A stretch of DNA of 63,668 nt, filler included, from Neoconidiobolus thromboides FSU 785 (taxonomy: Eukaryota > Fungi > Entomophthoromycota), in NCBI GenBank assembly GCA_025603075.1. It is 6 parts of 6 records of this genome, joined end to end, with 100 filler letters (N's around TTAATTAATTAA, not from the genome) between each part and the next. Parts side by side here need not be neighbours in the genome. Positions count along the whole stretch, not along the records: positions 1 to 12,229 come from MU626636.1; positions 12,330 to 30,797 come from MU626566.1; 4 more parts are not named here. One strand, given 5' to 3'. The notes under the pieces were generated by a model, which was not told where the DNA came from, ran no database searches, and was given only the letters and a program-made list of their open reading frames with translations. Of this stretch, positions 1 to 12,619 are shown in pieces. Position numbers and translations under genes: made by a program. Every line of letters begins with the position of its first letter. Positions within the stretch are counted from its first letter, which is position 1.

Positions 1-2
1 TA

Positions 3-467
3 CCAACTTTATGGAAAACAGTTAATAAATGGATTGAAACTAACAATATTCAACTACCAAAAGAAAACGCTAAAGAATGGCTTTTGGATCATAAAGGGGA
101 TTATAATGGATATCATTTTTGGTCGAATTTTGAAATCGGGTCGTTAAATATGTTACGTAGTCCCGAATATCGAAGCTATTTTAATTATTTGGATAAAAAT
201 GGCGGTTTTTACTTTGAACGTTGGGGAGATGCACCTGTTCATTCTATTTTTGTGGCTTTAATGTTAAAAAGAGAAGAAATTCATTTTTTTAAGAATATTG
301 GTTATAAACATGATTTATATGAAAATTGTCCATTTGATTTAAACAAAAATTTGGAACTTAAATGCTATTGTAAACCAGAAGAGACTGTCAATTATCGTTC
401 CGGAACTACCCTGCCATTGTTGAAGTTGATTGGCGACCCTGCTTTCGAGGAATTGAGAAGTCATTGA
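3..467 (+). CDS. GT15 (Kre2/Mnt1/Ktr-family) alpha-1,2-mannosyltransferase, 3' part only
   Basis: Frame is open from window start; motifs YNGYHFWSNFEIG and GGFYFERWGDAPVHS are diagnostic of GT15. Confidence 0.92.
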   Translation, partial: PTLWKTVNKWIETNNIQLPKENAKEWLLDHKGDYNGYHFWSNFEIGSLNMLRSPEYRSYFNYLDKNGGFYFERWGDAPVHSIFVALMLKREEIHFFKNIGYKHDLYENCPFDLNKNLELKCYCKPEETVNYRSGTTLPLLKLIGDPAFEELRSH

Positions 468-2176
468 TATGTATAATTTATAACAATTTGTCTTTTGTTT
501 TTTTTTGAGATGAAATATATTGTGTTTTTAATTATTAGAATTATCAATTCGCTTTGTGACTCAAGCTAATCGATTTTTTTACGTTTATTGTAACCAATTT
601 TTAAATAAATGCTAGATATTTTAGACAATTTGAAATCTCGATTTAAATATAAGGTGAAAAATACAGTGAGGAGCTCTTTTTTTATAAATTCAAGAACAAC
701 CTTCGCTGTTTGTTAGTCCTAAAACGTGAAGCTATAGACTAAGACGGCATGAAAAGGAACAAAGGGATCCTTAAATATCGAAAGAATAGCTGATGCGATG
801 GAACAAAAAAGGAAGTATTAAGGAGCTGATAAACTCGATACGTAGGGAAAAGGATTTGGCCGTTTTACAATCAATAATAATAAAAATTCTTTCATGATTA
901 ATTGTTTTTAAGCTAAATATAAGAAAGATAGGACAGTAAAGGAAGGGTTAAAGGCCATTTTAGTGTAAAATGCTATAATAGTCAGAAAGATAGAGCCAAT
1001 CACGGTGAAGAGGTATGAGAAGCTCTTTTATCTTTTTTTGCATTTAAGGCTTACTACTTGCTATGTTTATTAAGTTTTATGATCTTGAAAACAATAGTTA
1101 ACAAAGGTTTTTTAAATACTCATCTATTATATCAAAAGTCAAAAGCTATAATAATATACTATTTAATATCTCTTTTATTGAGCTAATAGTAAATCGCTTT
1201 TTTCAGATAATTCACGTTATTTTCCGAAATGTTCGACACAAAAAAACATAATTATTGACTATACTATTTTTGATTATTGTTTAAAATTTTTTAAAAAAAC
1301 GGTATAAATAAACTTTTTGAAAACTTATTTAAATCAACAAAATTATTAAAAGTATAACTATACATTTAAATGATTAGAAGTATAGTTTGTTTTACATATA
1401 TGTTAACTGTGATACTATATTCATATAAATCAAATAAATAAAGGTAAAAGTATTATAATTTTATCAATGTTATTTAATTTTGATAAAGCCAAAACCAAAG
1501 CATATAAGTTATTTTGACGAAGAGTGTATAATGAATTCAATTTTCTAAGAAATACCCAAAAATCTTTATTAGAGTGGCAATGATGTTTATCACTCTCTTA
1601 AAGGAGCTATAAATAATTGTTTTATTGCTTAATATACATCTTATATACCTATATCAGTACATTAAATGACTAAGTTGTCCATAGAAGCCTGGCTGTGGGT
1701 TTAAGATAGAATCCAATCTTTTTCTATCACTGGTAAAATCAGTAAAAAGAAATGAAATTCTTTTTGTTGTTATTCTCTAGAGAGAGCCCCTCTGAATGAA
1801 AAAGAGATAGAAATGTTTTTTACCAATTGCCCTTTTTTAACTTTTAAAATTTAGAAATTAGTTAACTAATACAGTTGTCCAAATTTGGATATGTACTAGC
1901 TAAATGCTCATTTTATAAAAAATCAAGTATGAAGCAACAAATTAGCATAATAATGCAAATAGCTAATTATGGCATTTATCACTGGTCAGTGCATATTGAA
2001 CTTAGACAACTAGATTAACTGATTAGTTTAAATTTAAAAAAGCAATAAGAAAGGGTAATTGGTAAAAAAACATTCCCAAATGGTACTAAAAGTTGGGGAT
2101 AGAATGGACGTCGGCCTAAAGTAAATTGGTATAAAACTTTTGCGGAAAGTTTATAGCCTATTCAAAATGATAAAAG

Positions 2177-2281
2177 ATATGGGGATGTATTTTTGTGTTT
2201 AAGGATTTTACTAACAATTTTTCCGCTAAATAGGGCTTAAAAATGGAAAAAATAATGAAGTCAAAAAAAATACTCCCATAT
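2177..2281 (+). mobile_element. ~105-bp MITE, copy 1
   Basis: ATATGGGGATGTATTTTTGTG...CAAAAAAAATACTCCCATAT; terminal inverted repeats and family core. Confidence 0.85.
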
Positions 2282-2371
2282 AATCAGTTAATATGCTAGA
2301 AAGTGAATTGAGAACAGCGGAAAAAGTAGCTAGAAGAGAGAGATAGGCAGTATAAATTTAAATAAAACAAG

Positions 2372-2479
2372 ACATGGAGACATATTTTTATCTTTGAGAA
2401 TTTTACTAATAACTTTTCCACTCAAATAGCACTTTAAAAGATGGAAAAAGTAATGAAGCCAAAAAACACCCTCACATAT
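2372..2479 (+). mobile_element. ~105-bp MITE, copy 2 (diverged)
   Basis: Core TTTTACTAATAACTTTTCCACTCAAATAGCACTTT...GGAAAAAGTAATGAAGCCAAAAAA. Confidence 0.75.
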
Positions 2480-2602
2480 AAAAGCTATAGAAAAATAAAA
2501 ATATATGTATTAGAACAACTATTTAATAAGTTCAAAATAGCTTAATTGTATTAACTATAGCACATATAGCTGGGCAGAGCAGTTGAATAAAAAATTATAA
2601 AT

Positions 2603-4278
2603 TTAATGCGATACTACTTTTACAGTAGTAAGAGGGATATGCTTGATGAACAAAGAACATAAAAAGCCTATAGCAGAGAAAGGAATTAGAGAAAGGAACA
2701 TAGTACGATAAGCAGTTAAATATGCTTGGATGGCTAAAGCATATTGGTCTGGAGGTAGAGAACGTAAATACCCCAATGATTCAATAATTAAGCTAGGATT
2801 AATTTCAGGTAGCAACCCTTTCAAGTTTTCAACTAATATATTATTGAATATACTTCCTTGTATAGCCAATCCAAATACTCCACCTATTGTTATCGAAAAG
2901 TTCACAAATGCTGTCATGATGGCTACGTCTAAAAAAATATTTAATAAATAATTTTTACAGATAAAATACAGATTGGGTTACGTTCTTCCTTAACTGCAAC
3001 TTGAGCACCAACTATACATGTCTGGATGCATAGACCAATACCGATACCGGTTATTAAAGGGTAAAGTATCTCTTCGAACCTTAACATGTCAATAGATAAC
3101 CTTGCCATCAATGAGTTTCCAATAATTAAAAGCATCATACCTGACCAAATGAATGGTCGATAAACTTTAAACCTAGTAACCAATAAACCAGATAGAGCAG
3201 CAAACCCACAGTCACCAACTAAGATAGGCAATGTTTCGATGCCTGCAATGATGGCCGAAGAAGAACGAACTGTTTGGTGGTATAATGGCCAATAATACAT
3301 ATAAACTACCATTGAAAAGCCGAGCATAAGTCCACATAAATTTAGTAAGATGGCGTTCAGTGTAAACATTTTACTTGGTATAACAGGTTCAATGGCATAT
3401 TTTTTTTCAATTAAAACAAATAAAGCCAATACAATCAATCCAAGTATTAAACAAACTATCACTTGAGGAGATGACCAAGGGTACTCTTTTCCGCCCCAAT
3501 TAAGTCCTAATACTAGCAGTATTATACCAATGACTAAAGTTAGTGTACCAAATATATCTATCCTTTTCAATGTGTCCTTTATATTATCTTCAGTCTTATG
3601 ATTTGGTAGTATAAATATAATTAATGCAACAGCCACCGCTACAATTGGTATATTTATATAAAAAATCCATCTCCAATTAACATAATCTACGAATACACCA
3701 CCTAATAATGGACCAATGACATAGGATAGAGCAAAAGTACCACTAAGTAAACTTAGATAAATGCTTCTATCTTCAATTGGAATAATATCTATAACAAAAA
3801 ATATAAGATAAACTACTAATTTCAATATAAATCAAAAGTTACCGGAAACTATAATAAAAGTCAAAGCCATCAATCCACCAGCTGAAATACCAGATAATCC
3901 ACGAAAAACAATTAAAACTAATAAGTTAGTAGCAGTACCGCAAACAATGGAGCCTACCAAAAACAATGCTAAACTAAATAGCAAACAATATTTACGACCA
4001 AACAAATCTGAAAATTTGCCATATAATGGTTGGAATGCTGTCATTGTTAATAAGTATGCTACGGCTATCCAAGTCACTTCACCACCGCTATTGAATTCCT
4101 TTGTTATGGCTCCTAGCGCAGTAGCTACAATAGTTTCATCTATGGCAGCTATCAGAATCGATAGGATCAAAGAGACTAATATTAAAACAATTTTCGATTT
4201 ACTCAAAGCAGGACTAGCATTGTTAATTCCTACTAAATTATCTGATATATCGAGTTCAGATTTTAATGTATCTGTCAT
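2603..4278 (-). CDS. MFS drug:H+ antiporter, DHA2 (14-TMS) type; introns 3789-3842 and 2929-2981
   Basis: Motifs IDETIVATAL, PLYGKFSDLFGRK, RGLSG, GPLLGG..DYVNWRWIFYINIP. Removing the two GT-AG introns joins the three ORF-track pieces in frame. Confidence 0.92.
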
Positions 4279-5247
4279 ATTTAGAATTACTTTTATGTAT
4301 TTTTTTATTGAGGTTTTAGGGCATATTTATAGTTTTTGATATTCTTGATTTATTCTCCGTATTCGTTAAGATTCTCAGATTTCTTCTTGTCAAACTTTTT
4401 TAAGCTAAAACTATCCAAATAGCTGATATTTCGGCTATTTCCATTATAAAATTTGGAAAATGATTGGCTTTTTAGATTAAAATTTGCGTGTTTTTTTTTA
4501 AATGTAATTTTATTATTTCTCGGCTACTAGTTTTAAAAATGCATATAAACTAAAATCAAGACTTTTATCCGAGGGCTGCGCAATTTTTTATCTTTGAAAG
4601 GTTGAAACCTAAGCGTTTTCTTGGTTGTAATGAAAAATTAAATACTAGTCATTCAACTTGATTGGAAGGAAGCAAGTAGAGTTTAATTGGTTCCTACTCT
4701 TAGTAGACATATAGAAGCAGATGCAGTTTCCCTTTAACCTTTAGAATGCTACACTGAGAAATAAGTAAGATAGAATCAAAAGTGGGTCGTTAGACCTAGT
4801 TGAGCTAAAAGATTTACACATATTTGAAGTAGACACATTTGCTTGTTTTATATTCCTTACAACAGCTATGAGGAAAAACAATTAAAGGGGTAGTACGATA
4901 GATTTAATATAAAAGAAAGGTTAATATTCATTGTTGAATTTTAGATAAAATACTAAATAAACTACTTTCATACTAACCAGATTACTAATAAACAGGCTGG
5001 TTTCTATTTATATATATAAAATGATGAGCAAAGGCATCTAGAATTTTATTTATTCTTTTGATTATCAAACTATACCATTGTTTAATCTATAAGTCATGAT
5101 TTTTAAAATGCCTCAAAATACTATTCTAAGGCTTTGAATCTATAAATATACTATGTATAGCTTCTCTAACTAACTTTATTTAGAAAATGTCAAATACTAA
5201 AAACTCCAAGTACATGTATGATATATAAGATGAAAAACGATTTTTAA

Positions 5248-7490
5248 TTATTTGCTACTTTTCTTACTTCTTTTAGGAACTTGATAATCAGATTTTCCAT
5301 TTTTAAAATTAGCTGCAAGCTTAAGCGATCTGCCTAAATTATCTTCTGGAAGAACTTTATAAATCCTGACCATCCAATTATCTGAAGTATAGGCTTCCTC
5401 CATTGTGTGTAACTTAATCTCATGAGATCCAATATAAGACCCACGCACATGGTCCTTAGCTCTTCCTCCATAAATTTCATTGTACTTATAATATGACAAT
5501 TTGTACATCAAAGAATTCTTCATTGCGTCACTAGCACTATCATCCACAGCATACTGCCCTGCCTTATTAAAAAACGCTTTCTCATCCACATGATCTGGAT
5601 AAACACCTTGGGCGATACGCACCATCCAAAGGAACTTATTAATATCATCTCCCGAATAATTAATCAAGCCACCAAAAATAATAAGAACATAATCAACATC
5701 ATGGCGTTGTAGAATCTCGTATGCATCATCTTCATTGGATGCAAGCACTCTACCAACCGTAGCAATGTGAGTGTTGTTCCAAGTGTTATTATCTACAATA
5801 ACTGTACGGTCAGACATACCTGCAATTTGATAACCATAATCCCACCATGCTAAGATCTTGGCATCATCTTTGGTATTTTTGCGAAGCCAGTAATATGCTT
5901 CACGGAAATCATCAATAATATGGCGCTCTCCTTTAGAGTTTTGAGAGGCTAATACAATTGATGGTGATGAATAGGAGCTAGAGGTTACCCAAGTACAGTG
6001 GAAAACAAAAAGAATACACATTCCTAACAAAGTGAGTGGTGTAAGTATCTTTACTTCCGGTCTTGAAATTTTGTTATTTGTTGAATTGGAGACTGAATCT
6101 TTCTTTGATTCTTCATTAGATGATGACTGTTCAATCTCAACTGTTGCATTTGAGCTATTACTCCAGAGTAAATAACTATCTAATATCTTAGTGATAGAAA
6201 TAGCTGAAGCAATACATACCAATGGGGTCAAAGTAAGAATCAATCGCACCATAACGCCAGCAAAATAAGAAGCAGTTAGGGCATAAATAACAATAAACAC
6301 ATGTTCATCTCTCATTTCCTGCATTAAAAAGTAAATACCGGCTGGGAAAAACAACATTAAGATATGCATATCAAAAAACATGGAAGACCAAGCTGTTGGT
6401 TGATGCTCAGAAACCGAAGCAATAATTGGTATGTATTTCTTAGCATAGCTAGTATCCCAAAGAGAATACAAACGACCAGTCCATGGTGCAATTACACCAG
6501 CATAAGTAAGACCAACCATACCGATAAATGCACCTCCAAATACTAGTATTACTCCCCAAATCACAAAAGATTTAAATTGCTCTTCTTTTAAATGGGAACG
6601 TATAAAATATGCGAAAGCAACTAACTGTAATAAACCAAAGATACCTAAAAAAAATTAATCATTATAAACTAAAAACATAAAATCATTTTACCTAAAGCTG
6701 CCATATGTTCTGAAGTCTTAGTAGGTTGGAAGCCAATAAAGGGAACTTGCATCGAAGCAAGCGTACCGATAGCATAAAAAGTAGAATAAGCCACATAAAG
6801 TCTATTAGAGTACCTACCCATAAGGATCAAAGCAAAGGCATGAAGTGGGATCATATTAATAATGTAAACATAACCACCCCAGGCGGACACCATATAAAAA
6901 TAGAATAATGCAGCCATACCAGCCCAAGAAGCAGAGCCGAGTTTTAAGGCTTTGATCCATAGATAGAAGGTAAATACCAGTAAAAAGATAGCAATACCTT
7001 CGTTATCATAAGAACCTGCTACTGAACGGGAAATGAAACCTGGTGCGATTCCAAGGAAGATAGCAGCGAACAAACCAGCAGTATCGTCCTTCATCTCTTT
7101 TGTAAGAAGATAAGCAGAAATGGCAGTAAAGCCCGAAAAAAATGGAGCAAAAAAAACGCAAACGTTTCTAATATCCATGGGTATATTTAAAAAGTGAAGA
7201 ACTTTATGAATCAAAGCAGCGGTAAGCATTAAACCTGGATAAACAGTACCCCCAACCACTCTGCCCAAAGGATACCATGAACGGTCATCAAACCAGTTTA
7301 CAAAGTCATAAAACCCTTTTTCTACTATCCTTTGAGTTGTCCTATAGTTGAACCATGGATCAAATTCGTGAATGACTGATTCATAACGTATTACTGAAAA
7401 TAAACGGGTGGAAAAAGAAACCAGAAAAATCAAAGTTAAAACAACGATCTTTATTATGTTCGTTTCATTTTTAGAACCTAGACCTAACAT
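5248..7490 (-). CDS. STT3: Oligosaccharyltransferase catalytic subunit STT3; intron 6645-6691
   Basis: [51 protein letters not shown]. Confidence 0.98.
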
Positions 7491-8330
7491 GTTGTATTTT
7501 ATTCGTTTTATTTACCTAATGTTAATTAAATAAATAAGTTGATGTTATAGGTAAGTTTTAAATGTTTTATTATAACAATAAGAGTATGTAATTTTAAAAG
7601 TAAAAATCAAAATTTTTGGAAGATATTTTAAATTTTAATTGGCTAATACTCTATCAATCAGGTATCTGCAGATGATTGGGTAAAATACTAAAGCTGGATG
7701 ATGCTGTAGTTCAGGTTAAAATTAGAATCTATCAAATACCAACCTAAAATAATGCTAGAGATATAGTAAACTGTTTGCTATTTTCTTTTGAGTTTAAATG
7801 AAGGAAAAAGCCTTACTCCTTATCTAATAATTGGATCACTATATAAATTATTTATATTCATATATTATAATTTTCACTACCATTGATGAAAGCAAAAGTT
7901 AAATCTTGCAATTAATTTATAAAGTAGATAAAGGCAACAATTGATTTTATGAATGTATCCGATATATAGCTTCATTATTATTAAGCGTCTTGGATTTTTT
8001 AAATTGTGTTATTTTTTCGTATCTAAATATGATAATGATATAAAAGTGAAGTGTAAACTTGATTTCAGTTAAGAATTTTAGTTTATAATATTAATAATGA
8101 ATAGTCATACCGAAAATGTACCAAAAATCGGGTGATGAATATTAAAACGTTTAATAGATATAGGGTAGTAGTATCGAAATAGGTTTATAGAAATTCTAAA
8201 TTCACAGTAAAACGGTAAATAGAATATTATTATAAGGAGTTTTAAATCAATACTTCATTACTGTTGATGGTAATATGATAGCCTTTCATCAGATTTAACT
8301 CTATCGTCTTATTTGATAGTAATTTCAATT

Positions 8331-10016
8331 TCATCTACATAATGATCGATTTAGCCAGTTATTACCACTAACACTCAAATATCTGACTCTATCTAAACCC
8401 TCGTTAAATATACCGTCTAGTCTATAAGCGGTATTTCCATAATCAATATTTATGTTACTAGAAAATTGGCTTGATCTGTTTACTGCTCTTTCATCAATGA
8501 CAATTTCTTGTCCATATCCTGTTTTTGGCAATTTTAATACTAGATCATTAACAAGAGTATTAATAGTAGTAGAAAGGATATATATTTGTCAAAACAAAAT
8601 AAAATAATAGTTATACTATGGACTACAATTCAGCATATTACTAAAAAGGATACGACTGAAAAAATATAGGGTGTAACTTTGTCCTCTTCATCATAAATTT
8701 TAAGCTCCCTAATAGCAACAATAGCATAAAATATACCCCCTACGCTAATTGATCTGAATCAGCCACTGAAGATGATCTCATAGCATATTCTTAATACTGG
8801 TTCGAAAGATTTAGCTAAAAGGAAAGCGGTGGTACGACGGGTAGTATAAGGAGAACGCCTGTAATGATTAAGCGTCATGGCTCAATACCAATCTTGGGTA
8901 AAGAACATTTGACCTGTAGGATAATAGTATTAAAATAAATGAAAAAAGTAAAATCAATCATCAAATCAATCATGTCCTGTAGAAAGATTCTTTAATTTCT
9001 TTACAAAACCGGGAGTTCCAGTCAAACACATTCCCACCAATAAAACAAAAGAGCAAGTCATCTGACCCAAAATGCTAATAAAGGGCCTTTATTAACGTAG
9101 CTATTGGCTTTAGTGTATTTCAATAATGTACATATAGTACAACCAGCTACTGAACCAACTATGATTGATAATCCAAACTAGTTTTCAATAGCTAATCTTA
9201 TGATTTGATAATACATGGAAAGATACTTAAGGAAATATAGGGAAACCCTAAACCTAAAAATAAATGCTAAATTATGTTTATACCCTTGGCCTTTTTTTAC
9301 CATCATTGACACCACTAAAAAAGTAGTCATGCATCCATAGTGTACAGTGATAGATTCACCTTTCAGCTGATAATAAGTCTCTTACATAACTTGATATGTG
9401 TATTTCTGCGAATCTCCCTCTAACAATAAATTAACTAAAATCTTTTAAAATTATAGTTTAGCATGAATGCTACTTTATGTTTTTACTGGATCTGTAGGTG
9501 TAACACAAGCTTCAACAACAGAGAATTTCAACCAATAAACAAGAGTTTGTTCAAAAAGTTGTTCCACAAGTAGATACTTGCATAAGATAAAGGCAAAAAG
9601 GCATAGATTAAAGTACTAGACGTTACCCAGGAAGAAAACATGATTGGTACTGACAATATTGATGAAGGTTTGATTTCCAGCTTTAGATATTTTACATTGA
9701 AAACTAATATGCAAATCAGGTTTTTAAAGAAATATGAAACCAATTGTCTAAGGTATACGCCAGCGGCCATAACTTAATAATGATTATTAATTCCTACTTA
9801 AAGTAACAATAATTACAATACCTGAATAGCAATTATGAATATAGATAATTACAAAGTAAGTGTTTCATGGTTTGACCAAAGAAAAGGATTAATAAAATTA
9901 AGTACCTTTAGACCAACTATAACACCAAATACAAATAGAAATAGAAATACAGTCGCTGAGTGAGTTAAATGTCTTAATGATGTTTTTAGTATAACACCTG
10001 TATGAAATTTTGACAT
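8331..10016 (-). pseudogene. Decayed Nha1/Sod2-family (CPA1) Na+/H+ antiporter
   Basis: Manual translation gives ACVTPTDP (9487-9510), IVRGRFAE..VRDLLSAESGVNDGLGFP, GSDDLL, P*RL, G*F...VGGIFYA, IVVHSIT. In-frame stops at about 9850, 8876 and 8760, plus frameshifts. Confidence 0.88.
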
Positions 10017-11631
10017 TAAATTAGATATTTACAAGCTTCTGAAAAAATAGCCTTTTTTTTGACAATTAAGAATATTAAATCAAATAAAGAACAAAGCCTC
10101 CGAGCAAAGCAGGAACTCTATGATATGTCTAAGTACAAGAGATACATTTGGATATAATCAAAAGACAAAAGTTCAAATTCTACAAGAACTGAACTTTATA
10201 AATGTTAAACTTTGCTTTAAACTTAAAAGAAATTAAATGGTGACACTTAATTGTTTGGTCCTTGTTTCCCCAAAATTGATAGAAAACGATTAAAAATTAA
10301 AGTCTATTTTGAGCTGAGATTATTATAGCATTATAATTATCTTAATAAAACAATAAACAATAGTTGATTTAGTCGAAGATCAATGATTTTGTTGATTTTT
10401 TGTGACACTAATCAATTTGGGGATGTTTATAGTCAGAGAAAAGGATTTTAGAATATTCTAAAATGGGTTAATATTAGATTATTTTCAATCTTTTTGGAAT
10501 AATAAAATAGAATCTTTATTAAACTAATCTGGGGTTAAATAATTAAATATTTAGATGTTTTTAAATTCAATAGTTTTAAAGCTATTGCGAAAATTTGCCT
10601 AAAACTATTTAAACTGTAAAGTTTTATAGCATTACATCTAACTACTAAAAGTAGGATTTAAATCTTTATTGCTAATATTAATTCTATTTTTCACCAATAA
10701 TCTTTTTAGAAGCCTAATATTTTATACAGCATATGGAAATATTTTTTTGATTTCACTACTTTTTCCATTTTGTAAAATAATTTATATTTTTATAAATGCC
10801 GGTTATTTTCTAGAAAATGTAAGATTTATAGTTAATGCTAATATTGTAAGGAATTATTATTGTTGTGAAATATCGCTTTGTCAGCTTTATGATTGACTAT
10901 AACATAACAAACACTTAAGTCGTTATGCTCTTGAGTTCAGGCACAATCGACCCCAAGCTTTTATCTTTGATTTGCTATGAGGATTTCTGCCATATAATTC
11001 CGAAGAACATTATCTCTCCATATTGATATCCATACTTGTTGGGGTATAAAGGAGATTTTGAATATAATAATTCGAAGCTTTTTAATTGAATTATTCCCTG
11101 GTATCTTGTATCTTTAATAAAGTCACTAAATTTTCTTAATAGTATTTTACGTAGATTTTATAGTAGTGTTGTCTATTATATTTGCCTTACATAGTTCGCA
11201 ACCTATTATGTACTATTCTTCATAATTCAAGTTTATCTTAGTTACATAAACTAAGATCTTTCAACTTACGACTAATCAATCAAGCAAAAGCTGCTTTTGA
11301 CTCCAACCACTAAGTATCGGATTTCACAAACAAGGCTAGGTTTAATAAATTTAGATCACTACTATAAACAAGCTATCTCAGTATTGGATTTTGGTGTTAT
11401 ATTTAAAAAATGATAAAGCAATAGGCAAAGTTTATTTTGATTATTTGTTTGAAACATTAAATCATGAGTCAGTATATTCAGGAGGTTGTTTAATTAGTTT
11501 AATGCCTAAAGAGATTTTATTTAAAAAGTTTACAAAAATTAATATACGGGCAAATACAGGAAACTATTCTAAATCCCAAGAGTTTTTACATTATATATTT
11601 AAAGAAATTCATAAAGTAAATAATAGTTTAG

Positions 11632-11840
11632 ATATGGGGATGTTTTTTTTGGTTTCATTATTTTTCCATTTTTTAAGCGCTATTTAAGTGGAAAGATGTT
11701 GGTAAAATTCTTGAACAAAAAAATACATCCTCATATGGTGATGTTTTTTCTAGCTTCATCATTTTTTCTATTTTTTAAGTGCTATTTGAGCGGAAAGATT
11801 GTTAGTAAAATTCTTAAACCAAAAAATACATCCCACGTAT
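11632..11840 (-). mobile_element. Two head-to-tail MITE copies (11632-11736, 11733-11840) sharing one ATAT
   Basis: Junction ACATCCTC-ATAT-GGTGATGT; both units match the family consensus. Confidence 0.85.
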
Positions 11841-11947
11841 TGATCTTAATTTTTTTGCTGAGTATCACGGAAAAAGTATAGTTGATAGACATTTTGGAAA
11901 CCTTTCAAAATGGAAAAGTAGTTTTGGAGCGTTAGGTAAAATAGAAG

Positions 11948-12053
11948 ATATTGGAGCGTTTTTTTGACTTTGTTATTTTTTCCATTTTTTAAGCGCTATT
12001 TAAGCGGAAATTTTTTTAGTAAAATTCTTGAACACAAAAGTACATCCCCATAT
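11948..12053 (-). mobile_element. MITE copy followed by a flank homologous to 29480-29656
   Basis: Core AAGCGCTATTTAAGCGGAAA...ACATCCCCATAT. Confidence 0.8.
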
Positions 12054-12229
12054 CATCAATTAATTTCAAGATTTGAGGCTTTTATTTGCGAGCATAACAA
12101 AATTAATAACTTGACTGTTAGTAATGGGAAAACAGATATAATTTTTAAAAAGTATGAAAGAAACAAAAATACAAAAAGAATAATAGAGATGCAAGGCATT
12201 AAGAAGTATTTACACTTTATTAAACATAA

Positions 12230-12329
12230 NNNNNNNNNNNNNNNNNNNNNNNNNNNNNNNNNNNNNNNNNNNNTTAATTAATTAANNNNNNNNNNNNNNN
12301 NNNNNNNNNNNNNNNNNNNNNNNNNNNNN
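12230..12329. other. Artificial contig linker
   Basis: 44 N + TTAATTAATTAA (stops in all six frames) + 44 N. Confidence 0.99.
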
Positions 12330-12414
12330 TGTTGAAGACGTTTATGGTGGTTGTGGTGGATGTCTTGCTTTTACTAGCATTGAGGAATGTAACTCAACCT
12401 GTAGAATTCGTTAG
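12330..12414 (+). CDS. BPTI/Kunitz-type inhibitor domain, 3' end only
   Basis: Translates (C)VEDVYGGCGGCLAFTSIEECNSTCRIR*, the Kunitz C30-C38-C51-C55 pattern; absent from the ORF track. Confidence 0.75.
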
Positions 12415-12522
12415 TTTATGAGCTCTCATTATATTAATAAATTATATGTTTTAAGATTGAAGTTTTTTTTTGCTTTATACATCATTATTCAATCTTCGTT
12501 TGGCATTATTTTTTTTAAAGGC

Positions 12523-12619
12523 TATGTGGGAATTTTTTTGGCTTCATCGCTTTTTCCCTTAAGTACTATTTGAGCGGAAAAATTGTTAGTAAAACAAACG
12601 CAAAAAAACATGCCCATAT
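12523..12619 (-). mobile_element. MITE copy (internal deletions)
   Basis: GGCTTCATCGCTTTTTCC...CTATTTGAGCGGAAAAATTGTTAGTAAAA...CATGCCCATAT. Confidence 0.75.

Noticed and set aside
960-1005. VKCYNSQKD..H resembling a gag CCHC knuckle
   Set aside because: Second Cys is missing and there is no supporting pol or LTR sequence.
8750-8880. UGA-as-Trp recoding suggested by TGA at two conserved Trp positions in the NHA1 remnant
   Set aside because: The same locus has TAA stops and frameshifts, and intact genes use TGG for Trp; it is simple decay.
11632-12053. Clustered ~105-bp repeats resembling a CRISPR or satellite array
   Set aside because: Units abut without unique spacers, are diverged, are dispersed in both orientations, and no cas genes are present.
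11391-12281. Short ORFs 11391-11687, 11696-11881, 11964-12281 (also 29303-29488, 55629-55820) sharing KRYLSGK-like peptides
   Set aside because: They are translations of MITE copies, not a protein family.
12274-12285. Recurrent TTAATTAATTAA palindrome within N runs, and ORFs running through it
   Set aside because: Artificial six-frame-stop linker with an identical 100-bp format five times; ORFs containing X..LIN are artefacts.
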